Positions 1 to 27,604 of a stretch of DNA of 64,000 bases are shown in pieces. The translations under genes and the position numbers were made by a program. The notes under the pieces were generated by a model. It worked only from the letters and a program-made list of their open reading frames with translations. It searched no databases and was not told where the DNA came from. This stretch comes from Hydrolagus colliei. Taxonomy: Eukaryota. The number at the start of each line of letters is the position of its first letter. Within the stretch, counting starts at the first letter, position 1. Location: positions 13,950,001 through 14,014,000 of the forward strand of contig CM068754.1 in NCBI GenBank assembly GCA_035084275.1, in the 5' to 3' direction.

Positions 1-419
1 CATCTGCACCATCTGATTGAACCACTGCTTCAGGCAGCGAGTTCCACAATCTCACTATACCCTCATTACACTATCATTACCCTTTTTTTAGATGTCTTTG
101 CTGTAAAGATTCTTTAACACTGCTGTAGAGACTATTAGCCTATAAATGTCACTTGCACTATCTTGGCTGAATGTTTAACCTGAATTTGCACAAACGTAAA
201 GTGTTATTTATCAGAATTTTCGCAATACCCACTAACTTCCTTCCAGGGAGAGAATGCGCATTCCATTTCAACAATCTGTCTCCAGAATTTCTGTAGGTGG
301 GACATATAGAAATCTGTTTGCTTTGCATACTCTAAAGCGAGGTAACGGGTTTCCACATTTGCCAGATATCCAGCTAACCACATAAAACACCTTACTTTAT
401 AGGTGCATATTTACTTCTA

Positions 420-483
420 CATGCCTTGGGACATCCTCCTGACATGAAAGGCGCTGTACAAGTGTCATTTTGTTGTTGTTGTT
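420..483 (+). mobile_element. L2-type LINE 3' tail fragment
   Basis: gccttgggacatcctcctgacatgaaaggcgct followed by (TTG)n, the same tail as the longer L2 copies in the window. Confidence 0.75.
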
Positions 484-1041
484 TTACACAGACTCCGTGT
501 TATTTTAGGATTTGAAAGGAAGATGGAAATATTATTTCTCAGTTGTAAACTAAGACTCACTGTGTCCTGTGGTTGGACAAAGGTTTTTGCTTTGAATTCC
601 CCCAACAGGAATAAACACAATTGTAACTGAGCTGTCAGACAGGGACGCAGGCTGTTTGTTCACTATAGGGTGCACGTGAAAATCAGCAGATCTAGGCATA
701 TGTCAGCACCTGACTGAAGAATAAATGGCTTCAGAAGAGACATGAGAGCAGATTAGCTGCCCTACCTCTTGGCTCTTACAAACAGTGCAAATCTGACATC
801 AAGTGAAAGGTAAATCTGAGGGAGAGAGTGAAGAAAAGTCAAAAGCAAAATACCGTACTCTTTTTATCCAGCTTCTTTATAAATATTTTCTTCAGTTGTC
901 ATTACTTGAACTTCTTGAGAAGCCAAGTACACTAAAGTTATCAAGTGTACTCAGAGCAAGCTTGAGGAAGGTCCTTTCTGTATGTTTTACCCTTTCTGTT
1001 GCTGTTTACCTTTTACAACTTGTACTTTCTTTTCTGACTAG

Positions 1042-15624
<14,583 letters not shown>

Positions 15625-18600
15625 TGGCTGTTGTACGCTCCTCTCCATTTCCATCTCTACCTCTGCCAGCTCACTAACTGTAACTGGTGGAAATCCTGCC
15701 ATTCTGGAGCTCAGATTCTAGGTGTCGTTTAACATGCCAGCTGTCTCCTCTTTCTCTACTTCAGACTTGAAGGTGGTGGACTGCAGCTGGGGCAAATCCA
15801 CCCAATGGACTTGCAATCATTGCAAAACCAATTGGGTATCTGGCTTCAACCCATTGTTCCTACCAACCTCTCCAGTCCAGTGGTACTATCCTGAGGCATT
15901 TTGCAATGTTGTAATCTGCCTTCGGGCCCAAACTGATGGAACCGAGGTAGAAAGGAGTGCCTGAAAACATAGGAAATGTCTCATAAGAAGGTACGTGGAG
16001 GCTCGAGGTTACTCGTGAAGGTCAAAACCTGGGATGCTCCTTGAAGGATTCACCGTTGTGTTTTCTCACTGCTCCCGCAGTACAGATTGTGTGATTAACA
16101 CGCTGCCGGACTGCTCAAGAAATCATACGAAAGACACACAAGGTCAAAAAAAAAAGTCTGACATATGTAAATGACCTGAGTCATTTGACTCTTTATTTTA
16201 TACATCGTTTTTGCTGTTTTTTTTAAAATGAATTGCTAAAAGAACGCCGAAGCAAGGTAGAAATGGAAAATTGTGCATTAAATTGAAGTGCTCTGTGTTT
16301 GCTTTTTTTGTGGAGTGAAAACTCATCATCTTCAGTGCTGTATGGTATGCCTTAGAGATTTGTGATCACAAGCACTTTTTTTTTAAAAAAGAATATTTAT
16401 TAGGATGTACATCCTAACACCTGGGTGGTGTATGAAGGATTCATTCCATGCCATTGCACCTGCATTTATTTGTAGGATGACTCTGGAGATGGGGCAAAGC
16501 CCCAATTTAGCAACATTAACCCTTCGAAGGGAATTTTTAAACGTCCAAGACCCTGTGTGCTGATATCATCAAAGATATCCACCTTCATCCTTCCGTATCT
16601 GGAGATTGTTTTCAGTCTTCTCTAAACTATGAAATTTCTGTGGCGATTTGTTTAGTATGTACCCACACATAAGGAAGTAATTGTCCTATGTATGAAATTG
16701 ACTGATATTGAAAATGTACCATTCGAATGGGACATCGAGAAAGGAAGAGAGTTCCAAGACAACAGAGGGGTTGCTCCCCAAATTTTAATAGTCTGCTTGA
16801 CAGATGCTTACAATGTTATCTCGTGTCAAGACAAAATGCATCTCAACATAAAATAACTGAAATATAGTTCACAATTGAGACCCATTCAGTTAATGGGAAT
16901 CTCAGCTAAAGGTTTTATAGGGCAGCTACAGATAATTATGGAGTAGTTGGTAGAAGCTAATTCTTCTGATTAAGTGTCATTCAGTTGTCCTTAAAACCTT
17001 TCTCAGCCTCTCTACGGAAAAGGGTGCAATTATCATAAATGACCTCGCTCACCTGCAACGTCCATCATATGATTGTTTGAGGTTCAAAAGGTAAATGAGA
17101 CACAGTAATTTTTTTTAAGTTTTAAAATGTTCTAACAGCACACAGCTTATCAATGTAAAATAAATGACACAAAAATTGTCTGTGCCTTATTACTTTTTGA
17201 AACAGAAAGATGTTTTGCGTACACAGAAACAATGGGCCACCTGCAATTGCTGATTATTAGCAATCCTTAGAAGTGTTTTAGTCTTTATTAATCTGGTACG
17301 AATATTACTTTTAAATCCCGCACTGAAGAGGTGGAATTTGACCCTGCTCAGTTACTTGTTTGTATTCATTGCAAAATGTGACAAGGCAGCAAATATAAAT
17401 TATTTTTATTATAAATACTGTTGCCCCCAAATGACATTAGCACATTAAAACATCCTAGTTTCAATTCAATTGCTGCCGCATGTTGTTGTGGTGATTTTGA
17501 GTGGCACATTGAGTGAAAATTCGTTCTGATGCTCAAACAGTTCAGTTGCAGAGCTGGAAGCTTTCTGGTTTCTGCCCTTGTTCTTGTTTAAAGACTTAGC
17601 TCAGTGAAAATATCTCTGGCTGCTGCAACTAAACATTTCTTTGGCTTTGAATATGTTGCTGAAAACGATTTTGCATTAAATTCTGCTGGATTGTGTTCAT
17701 GTTGAACAGGCAAAGGTAACATATGGGGTGGTGCTGTTTAATGTTAAACAGAGGACTGATATTCTGTTTCAGAAGGTCAACTTTTATTTAAATCGTGAAC
17801 AATAATCTTTTAGCGTAGATTCAAATCAAGTACGAATGGAATACTGTTCATCCGGGATATGTGAAAATTATCCATCACAAGAAAGAGCAGTTTCATAGAT
17901 CTGGTTACAGCTAGGGAGAAGCATAAATGGTTGCTTACATTGAAAATGTCTCATTACTGGTGGTGCTGCAAATTAAATAAAGTTGTGTTCCTCCTTTGAA
18001 TGCATCACAACAATAATATGCAAGCTATAGGCCACAGAGTGTGGAACAGTCTATTGTCAGAAGACATCATATCTCACTAATGGTATAATCTTGATAGATT
18101 TATGAATGTCCATGCCACAAACTAAATGAACTCTGCATTGCAGCCGTTCTGTTTACTTAACATTAATGTTAAACCCAAGAAAGCAAATGAGGTGAGCACA
18201 TAGCTTTGTGATGCAGTTAGGTGACTTGGGTGGCATGGTAAAGCAACAGTTACAATTTCCCCACCCAGCAAACACACACACTCACAGCAGATATGACAAT
18301 ATTGTGGTGATGTACATACCCAACTGATGGAACGTGTGAGGAATATTCAGAATGATCTGAAATAGCAAACATAATTGATTTTCATCCCCACTCAAAAGAT
18401 GGAATTATTTTCAGCGATCACTCCCAAAACACATTATTAATTCAAATATATAAACATGCAAGCAATGTTAACATTTTCATGCTGCTTGTGACATCCCTAA
18501 AATATGCAGTTATAACTGCAAAATTATAAAATGAAGTGGTTTATGGGGAAATGTATGCTCCAAATATTGCACAGAGAATAATATGTTGGTGGGTGTAACA

Positions 18601-20990
18601 AGGCACATCCAAAAGATTCAACTAACATACCATTAATGAGTATATCATAAATGATTCAGAGTCATAAAATGCTCCTATATTTTATCCAATGATTAAGAGA
18701 ATTTATGCGCCACAAATATTTGAATTCAGAATAAATCTAGCTTCTGGCTAAATCTTTGAGAGTTGTGAAGGAAGGTCCCTTCAAGTATACAATGCTTTAA
18801 TTGTAAACTGCTCATCATATAGTATTGCCATTCAGGAGTTATTATAACCTGGGTAATTGGCAGTTTGGCCAGGGGCATTCTTACTCCAGGTATGTGGGAG
18901 GTAGGGTGGGGAAAATAGTATTAAACTCGTCTCTCTTTAATTTGTACATTTACCTGACAGATTTTCACATAAAGAAGTGCTCAATGTTAAAATTATCCAA
19001 GCTATGATTGAAAAGAAGGGTCAGCCTTGCAGGTTGTTTGTTTGTTTATGAAAATTTGGATGCAGTATAGTTCAACTGTGCTCATCACTTCACCACTTAA
19101 AAATCTCCAGGTTCTTGTTAAGTGATCGAGCCACAAGTTTGCTGTTCAATTCAAGACCATATTCTAAACTAAGATTATAAATCAGTAGGAAAGTATTCTG
19201 AAAGCATTATCTTACTTTTTTGAACTATCAGAGACTGGTTTCAGGTTCTGACCTAAATTTGTGGAAACTTCTTCAATGGCAGGTACATAAGATTAGGATC
19301 CAAATGCAATTGTTCAATTCACCGTTGTCAGAATTACATATTAAACATTAAACAGAAAAGACGCACTCTTTTTGATAAATTTCAAAAAAGAATATATAGT
19401 ACAGGGTATTTATATTTAGCTTAATGAGATATAGATTGATATTTAACAAGACGTGAAGTAAAGCAGTCCCAAAGCTAGATTCCTACGAGGAAGCAATAAT
19501 AATGTATTTTTTCAACAACAAAAATTACCATCCAGTCGTCAAATTTATTCAATACAAAAAGTAAAAGTTGTCCATTTAAACTGGTGGGACTGTTGTGAGC
19601 GTCCACGCTTAAGATAGTGTTTATGCAGTGTGGCCAAGAATGAGATTGGAAGTTCAGTATATTTGGTGAATCTGTGATCTTCATAGTCATCAATCGGATG
19701 GCTTAACCACCCCATTTTCAAGAACAAGGAATTCAATCAATTTCTTTTAAAAAAACATGTTTCTAAAGCTGATTTATAGTTCTATACTTAGAGAACAAAG
19801 AATTTCTTAGCTTGGGGTGCCAATTGTTTAGTAGCTCTGAGACAGTACACATTTTGAATTACAATTACGGATGTAATTGGTTTATAATGTATAGATAGCA
19901 AATACAACAAGATATAGCACATGGCTACTCTTACTGGGGGGAAAATAAACTAACATTGTGGCTCCCATTCATTTGATATTTGAGGTATATCTAAAGCATG
20001 GATATTTGTTAAATTTTTTAAACCAAACTGAAAACGTTTTATATAATGAAATTGCAATTTGGAAATCTATTTATGAGAGATATTAAGTGGTTTTTGGATG
20101 AATGGACATGTTTGATTATTCTTGATGTGTGCATTCATTTCTGAGTCTTAACAGTCTGACCATTGTTAAATTATTATTTTTTCGCATTAATGCTGTTTCG
20201 TCAGATCAGTGTATGAAACATCTCCAGTCAAGTCACTTTTTTCCTTTTCAAGTGCTAATTTTCAAGACCTCCAACCTTGTTACTGACAAATGCACTGCCT
20301 TTCAAGAGACTCTTTGTCAAGGACATTTCAACGAGCCTTATTCTCCTTCTGTAGTATCATGTAAACTTATTTCTTGTCATATCCAGTTTGTTGCCTATTA
20401 TTGTAGTAGTGTGGCCTACCAAAGGCTTGTAGTAGAACCTTTATATTTCTCGTATAGTTTCATTTTCTGCTAGACCAGCACTGGGTACAAGAAGAATTTA
20501 TCCAATGTAAAAGTTAATGATAAAAGATGCATAAAAGATGCATAACATGTTCACCCAGATGCCACAAGTTGTCTTTGTTTGACGGGCATGCTGTTGTCTA
20601 TCCCCTGTAAAAACAATTTTGGTAAATTATGAAGTTTTTGTACAGAGAGCTAAAATGTAATTATGTTAAGCTATTGACTAATCTCTATATAGCTGTGAGA
20701 GGTTGATTTCTTTGGCTTAAATATGAAATGTAATCTGCCTGTTCTGCTTTGTATTTCAGCTGTGTTGCACAGTTATGCATTTTGGTTACTAGTATGTTAA
20801 TTTTTAAACATTAATACTAAATGTACAAACATTAAACTGTTATAGGTATTTTTGTTCTTTTTAAATGTAATGTCTCTGTATAAATAATTGTATGAGCTAG
20901 TAAGACTGCTTCTCTGAAAGAGGGCTTTATTATTCTACCAGTACATTGAGTAATAAAGAAATACAATAAAACCATTTTTTCTTAAAATGT
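15625..20990 (+). other. AFF2: Putative long AFF2 3' UTR (~5.4 kb)
   Basis: No recognisable SINE/LINE between the stop and ~21.57 kb, unlike the flanks; AU-rich with a TGTA-rich terminal segment ending at twin AATAAA. The exact end is inferred. Confidence 0.65.
20952..20970 (+). terminator. Tandem polyadenylation signals (AATAAA at 20952-20957 and 20965-20970)
   Basis: Two AATAAA hexamers, several upstream TGTA elements and T/GT-rich sequence downstream. Confidence 0.65.
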
Positions 20991-21574
20991 TCTGGCTTCA
21001 ATTTCCATTGACTGACTGTATCGCTAATTTCTGTGACTTGTAAAGAAAGATTTCATAAAACTAAATGGAGTCAGACAATGTCAGAAACACAGTCATCGCT
21101 GACAAAACCGAGGAGATAATCTCTGCTGCAACTCCCCTGATTTTGAACCCATTGACGGAGGCCTAACTCACTAAGGAAACAACGCTTGTCAAGTAGAAGA
21201 GGACGTGTGTAAAGGATGAAAAAAACAAGGATTGACTTAAGCCCTATCTCCACTTGTCTTTAAATTTCAGATTGACCTTTTTAAAAAAAATGGGCTATCA
21301 ATTGGCACATGTTATGAAACAACATGTGGCAACTGAAGTAGCAGAGTCCAGTGTAATTGCCCCCACTCTGTTATTTTCATGTCTGAATTATCCTCTGTGA
21401 GAGATGGTGAATAAAGAAAGGCCCAGCACTTAATTATAGTCAGAGAGAAAATTACAAAAGATTGACTGATTGAAACCAGTCGTGTAAGTCTCAGCAACAG
21501 TTATTGTGAATGCGGGTAACATTGGAGTTTGTTACATTCTTCAATGTACACATGATAATAATAAATAATAACCC

Positions 21575-21900
21575 TTAATAATAGTAATAATCTTTGCATT
21601 TGATATAGTGCCATTCACATCTTCTAGACGTCTTAAAGTCCTTCACAGAATATACCGTAAAGTGACTTGACTGTATATTTGTGGGCGAAACACGGCAGCC
21701 AATTGCACACAGCAGTTATCCTACAAACAGTCATAGATTGAGTGACCAATCTTTTTTAAGCGATTGTTATTAAACATGAGGAGTAAGGAAACTTGCCGAA
21801 GGTTTCAACCTGCCTGGAATTGTCAAATATCAAATGCAAGGATTATTATTATTTGGTATAACACCTTAACATCTTGAAACATCTCAAAGTGTTTCAAAGA
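21575..21900 (-). mobile_element. SINE copy plus adjacent tail fragments
   Basis: Reverse-complement tail, core and 'ggagtaaggaaacttgccgaagg' head segment. Confidence 0.85.
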
Positions 21901-22639
21901 GGTGTTTCTGTGTAAAGTATAGTGATCACACAGAAGGCGAACAGAAGAATCAATTTGTCCCACATAAGGCAATGAAATGAATAGCCAATTTTTTGGTTGA
22001 AATACATATTTTTTTTGCTTTGGTTTCTTAAATCAATAGAATATCAAAATAAATGTTCAATCAGATGTGTGCCATGCCAGGATTAGTCTGTTCCTCTTTC
22101 TGGCGTGTCAGCCTCTTATCTATTAAGTTGGTCCTCACTCTACATGCAGTTCACGTCAAGATATATTTATCTACATAATTTATTGAGTTAATTACAAGGA
22201 AAATTAGAGTAAAGCTGCAGGAAATAAGATAAGAAACAAATGCATTCAAGGTTCTTAGATAGAACAAATGCTGTGTTTTGTAAATGTTCTGCCAACAATT
22301 TTAAATAGATTTAGGACACCAATAATTTGTTAAACTAATGGGCATCCGACAAACTATTGATGGTAGGTTTTTCACATATTCTGGGCAGCTAAATATTTTC
22401 TTCCTTCAATGCTCTGTGTGTGGTCCCTTTGAAGCTCAAACACAATCTAAGCAACATTGTGTTACAGAGAAATAAATTACATGGAATCTGTGGCACTGAA
22501 ACAAGACATTTTGCTCAACAAATCTACACTGGTGTTCATACTCAACATGAGTGGTCACCCATCCTAATCTCCCTTTCCCCTCCCCTCCCCCACAACCCTT
22601 TATTTTTTTCTCAAATTTCAAATCCCTATTGTAGGAGAA

Positions 22640-22990
22640 TGGATGTTGAGTGTGTTCCAAAGTGCTGCACACAATTTAGTGTCGTGACTGTGTGTTTTGT
22701 CAGAGAACACAGCAGCCAGTTTGTAATAGACAAATTTATTGGGAGGTGGGTGTTTGCCAGGAATGTCAGGAGAAACTCGCTTCTCGTGCCATGGGATCTT
22801 GAATGTTCACTTGAACAAGCAGACGGGACACTTGGTTTAACAGTTCATCCGAAGAACGGCATCACTGACAATGCAGTGCTCCCCCAACGGAGTTGCTCAG
22901 TCAGCTTAAATGAGTTCAAAATCCCAACTCGAGACTTGAACCCATAGCTTTCTGACTCAGCGGCGACAGTGCTAGCACCTTGCCAGGCTG
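22640..22990 (-). mobile_element. Older DeuSINE-like element (tRNA head plus Deu domain; SacSINE1/AmnSINE1-type)
   Basis: 'gtgccatgggatctt.aatgt.cac.tgaac...gcagacggg...tggtttaac..tcatccgaa.gacggca...ctgacaatgcag' and 'gacttgaaccca..ctttctgactcag'; related copies at 40385-40760, 50330-50575 and 59380-59505. Confidence 0.7.
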
Positions 22991-23879
22991 CTACCTTTAT
23001 TCAATAAAAACAAATTAAACCAGATTAAATTTCCCCAAACCCTGAACAATCCTGTGTGTGCATTTCGCATTCAGTTGCAAGCATTAGACAGACCGTGCAA
23101 ATAAAAATTCAGTGATATGCTTGCATATAATAAACAATAATTGCAGAGCAGGGAGTGAAGCACAACTGATAAATAATTTCCGAAACAAGGTGTCAGGAAC
23201 CTGGATTTACAAATTCCATGCATTTCATTTATTTTTTGGCTGGCATTCAAGAACCTTGACAGTAAGATTTATTGATTTAATTGCCTGAGGTAACCATGCA
23301 ATAAAATCATCTAAAAGATAAATTTTCATGGCACTCTGCTGCATTAGAGTAATTTTTCAAGTGCTATGGCTATATTTCTGCAGGTTGCAGGTATAGCTGT
23401 GTTTTTTGAAGTGACACTGCCATTTTTCTGTGTTGGGCACAAAGAAGTTAGCACCGACTCTGTAATTGGACTTTTAAAAAGGCCTGAGCAAATCCTTCAG
23501 TATCCCTATGGTTCCCTGTACCATGATCAAGTTGAGCCTATATTTTTTTTGCTGCCTTACATCTTGAACATGAAAAATGTGTTAACGTAAAAGTGCAGTT
23601 TACATTTAGACTGAATACTCTCCTTTAATCTGGTCATTCTTATACTGGAGTTATTTAATTGCCTCTCTCGGGAAGCTGGTCTCTCTTCTCACTGCATCTG
23701 GCTGTAACAAAAGAGGCAGCTAGTGAACCTATCAGCTCTATCAGTGCCCTGAGCCTTGCCTGGGGACTAGGGTCAGGCTGCAACTGGGATGATAGCAAGC
23801 GGCTGCAGTTTACTCAGCCGGCCCATGTTTCGATGGCATGTCCTGACAATGGCAGAAATGTCACCGCACTCCACATTTG

Positions 23880-24335
23880 TAATAATCAAGCTTGCATTTA
23901 ATATAGCGCCTTACCATGTCACTGAGATGTCTCAACACGCTTCAACAGAATATACTGTAAAGTGTAGTAACTGTGCATTGTGTGGGCGAAACGAGGCAGC
24001 CAATCGCGCACAGCAGTGTCCCACAAACAATCGAGTGACCAAATTATTGGGGTTTGTTTTATTATGACCACCAGAAAGTGATCCACCAATTGATTAACAA
24101 CCGGGTTCCTGCTTACCGCTGTGGTAAACAGAGGTATGTGTGGGTGGAGTTAAGGACATTTGTCTTCCGAGTTCTATCGATGGAACCCAGAGTTCAACCT
24201 GTGGGTGTGATCTCAGCATGGACCTCAAGTGTCTCAAAGTGCTTCACAGATTGTACTATACAATGTAGTGACTGTGTATTTTTTGGGCGGAAAGCAGAAG
24301 CCAATTTGCCCACAGCAGTGTCTCACAAACGGGGT
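23880..24335 (-). mobile_element. Two partial SINE copies (23880-24050 and 24225-24335)
   Basis: Reverse core 'gcagccaatcgcgcacagcagtgtcccacaaaca'. Confidence 0.8.
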
Positions 24336-25289
24336 AGTGGATTAACCCTTAGTGGGCTGAAAAGAGATTTATTTGCCCAGGCACTGCACTTTTCTGAGGA
24401 CTAACTACAAATTACATTCAGCTGTTGGCAGGCAGGCTCTTCCTGTTTCCCGCGCTTAATAAGATATCTGATGATTGCCCAGGTGGTGTCCATTGATCCT
24501 ACCAGGAATCATCAGGCATTTGGTTGACTAAAGCTGGGTTGCTAAAGTGATTCATTCTTAGCCCAAATCTCACTTGTGTGTGTGTTTTTTTTAAAAAAAG
24601 ATACTAAAATGGATGTTTGTTTGTTTTGGTGTTACAAATGTAAAGTACAGAAGTGACAGATTTAGTGTCGGTGAAAAAGGTCCGTGGAAAGGAACTGTAA
24701 AATGTTTTACATCATTCATTGGAAGCAAACGATTGATTTTCTATTTGAAACTAACCTTTGAAGCTTGAGCTTTACATGGAAGGGTGGTTGGAATATGGAA
24801 TTCTCAGCCACAAACCTAGGGTTGAGCTAGTCAGTGATTTTTATATTTACAATATTGGAATTAGATAGATGCTTGAAATGAAGGAGCAACGTGGAGCAGT
24901 AGGAGAACTGGATTTGACCAGATATGTATGATATGGTGAGAAATAACAGCACACTTAATAGATTGTAACATTCTATGATTATATTAAAATGTAGAAAACT
25001 GCTCCATTTTGTATCTCTGGGCACTCATTTATAAGACAACGAGGGGCCTCTGGCAGTGTGGGCCCTACTGATTTAGTAGAAAGTTTGCAAGTGAGAAAGG
25101 TCTTTATTTCTGTAAGCTCTTAATGGGAATTCAGCATGATATTTAAGTGATAAGGTGGGTGGGTCACAAGATTGGTGAGGATGAAGAAGCCTTTCAGCCC
25201 ATCAGAAATATAAAAAGTTTACAGTACAGAATGAGGCCATTTGTCCTGCTGTCCTATTGTTAATGGATAGCTGAGTGTTTGACTATCTA

Positions 25290-25782
25290 TTTGGGAGCTA
25301 CCAACTTGAATTTCATACTCCGTAACATTGCCTAACTCCAACACTACCTCACCTCTCAGGCTGCTGAAACTCTCATTCATGCCTTCATCACATCCAGGGT
25401 CGACTACGCTAATGCCCTGCTTGTTTGCACTCCCAATTCCTCCCTAGATAATCCAGAATTTATCTAATCCAGAACTAATCCAGCCCCACCATCAGCGGGC
25501 GAGCCCTCAGCCACTGAGCCCCCAACCTCTGGAATTCCATCCCACAGTCCCTCCGCCTCACCCCCTCCCTGGCCTCCTTCAAGTCCTGCATCAAGACTCT
25601 TCTCTTCAATGGTCCCATCGGTCACCACAAATCCCCTCCTTTCCCTCCTTCCCCCCCGCCCCCCCCCCCCCCCCCCGATCCCTATCCCAGCTCGGGTCTG
25701 AAACATTGACTGTCCAGCGCTTTGGGACATGCTCCTGATGTGAAAAGTACTATGCAAATGTAGATTTGTGTTGTTGTTGCTA
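25290..25782 (+). mobile_element. L2 LINE ORF2 C-terminal remnant and 3' tail
   Basis: Translates to 'AAETLIHAFITSRVDYANALL' (L2/CR1-clade 'LDYCNSLL' region); C-rich 3' UTR with poly-C; tail and (TTG)n. Confidence 0.88.
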
Positions 25783-26046
25783 TGCAATTCTCTTTGAAAT
25801 GCTCCTTTGAATTCTATTTCAATGCCCATTTTTGGCAAGAAAAAAATCCACATTTTAAAAGCCCCATTCCTACTTGTCCTTTACCTGTAACAGAAAAATA
25901 GAATTAAAATATATCAGTCCCACATTGATGTGGCATGCATCTTCTTAAAAATCCTCCCTGTGAATCATTTGCCTGGAACATAATTTACTTAACATTATAT
26001 CCTGTGAAGTGGTTGAGATGTCCTCCTTTCATGAAAAGCATGATAT

Positions 26047-26480
26047 TAGTGTAGTCTTGTAGTCACTGGTTAAAGCATTCACATCACAAACAAGAGACCT
26101 GGATTTAATTCCTGGTAGGACAAAGCTTTCAGCAAGTTTACATACTCCACATGCCTGATAGTAAATAAACCCTCAAGAAAAAAAATTGGTCACTCTAATT
26201 AGACAGTCAGTATTTCAGGCCTCAGCTTGGTTCTGAAACACTGACTGTCCAGCATCTTGGGACATCCTCCTGATGTGAAAAGCGCTATACAAATGTAATT
26301 TTGTTGTTGTTGTTAATTTATGACTGTTTGTGGGATACTACTGTGCACAACTGTTGCTCTGTTTCTCCCATAAGTATATAGTCCGTACACTTTACAGTAA
26401 ATTCTGAGAAGCGCTTTGAGACATCTAGAAGACATGAAAAGCGCTATATTGAATGCCAGTACAGTATTATTATTATTATA
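26047..26480 (+). mobile_element. SINE interrupted by a nested L2 3' fragment (~26201-26312)
   Basis: SINE head, then L2 tail with (TTG)n, then the SINE core resumes; 'taatt' on both sides of the insert. Confidence 0.8.
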
Positions 26481-27604
26481 ATATATCTTCTTAGCTCCTT
26501 CACAATTTTGAGCTCTGTGTCTACAGTAAGCTAGCTACACTTTCTTTTCCCAAGGTGAACATAAAAAGGTCTCACTGTTTGTTCACGAATTCTACATCCA
26601 CCAGCATGAATCAATCTGAGCTTTTTTTCCTTTCGTTTTTTTTAAAAATGTCCCCATTATTAATACAACTCAGCATTTCCAATCATTAAAATATTTCCAA
26701 TTTGCATTTGTAAAGCGCCTTTCAAGTCAGAGTCACACTGCTGGCTGGGCACCTGAGCTGGGGGGGGTGGGAGTTAAAGTGAAAGGTGTTAATTCAGATG
26801 TTAATTATGTTGAGTGTTATGAGTCCATACAAAATGTGAATGTGACTTATTCAATATTACCCACACTTGGGAACAGCTGTAACACAAGCACCAGTTTCAC
26901 ATTGAGTTCTTTTTACACTAAAAATGTTAACATGTCAATGTAATGTTCTTAGAGATTTAGCAATCAATTTGGAACAAAGTCATTTTGTAGTGCGAATAGG
27001 TGTTTCCCTGAGCTCCAATTTACCCAAAGTGGGATAATCATAAGCTTCCATACACAACAGCATGCTGAGAATTGTTGACCAAAAGGCTTTATCTTTGTCA
27101 TGGTGCCAGAATCCGTAAACAATAGAATTTGGCTATTATTCCAGTAGTTCATTTATCCAATTCAGTCGAATCGCATGCAGCCAAATTGAAGCAAGAAAGA
27201 GTGTATGTAAAGTGACACCCACTGACAAGGACTTACCTTTTCTATTTTCCCTCAGAGTTGTTCTTAATTGTGTAGACACTCAACTCCGTTGAAATGCATA
27301 TTGGATTGGTCTTTTCCAGGACTGGCAAATTGCAAACCTCAGTTGTGATACATTCTGGGAGAGGATTACCAGATAAATGGTAACTCTGGACCTAAAACAT
27401 GCCAATTTAAAGTCTAGGTGTCAAAATGTCCTGGGGATCAGGAAGGGAGGTTTTTTTCTGTGAACCTGTACTGACATTTCCTTGAGTTTACCTATTGGAT
27501 TAGACATCACAGATAAATAGCCATATGATACCATTTGAGATTAAGGAGTGCTAATCTCTTTACCCTTTATGCTTCTGGGGTTCTAATCCATTCCACCAAA
27601 ACAG

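Noticed and set aside
20520-20545. 11-bp tandem duplication (ataaaagatgc twice) in the 3' UTR
   Set aside because: Ordinary slippage duplication with no sign of function
22420-22947. 175-aa ORF
   Set aside because: Largely the antisense reading of a DeuSINE-like repeat
25650-25678. Poly-C tract (G-quadruplex potential on the minus strand)
   Set aside because: Expansion within the C-rich L2 3' UTR, explained by the repeat
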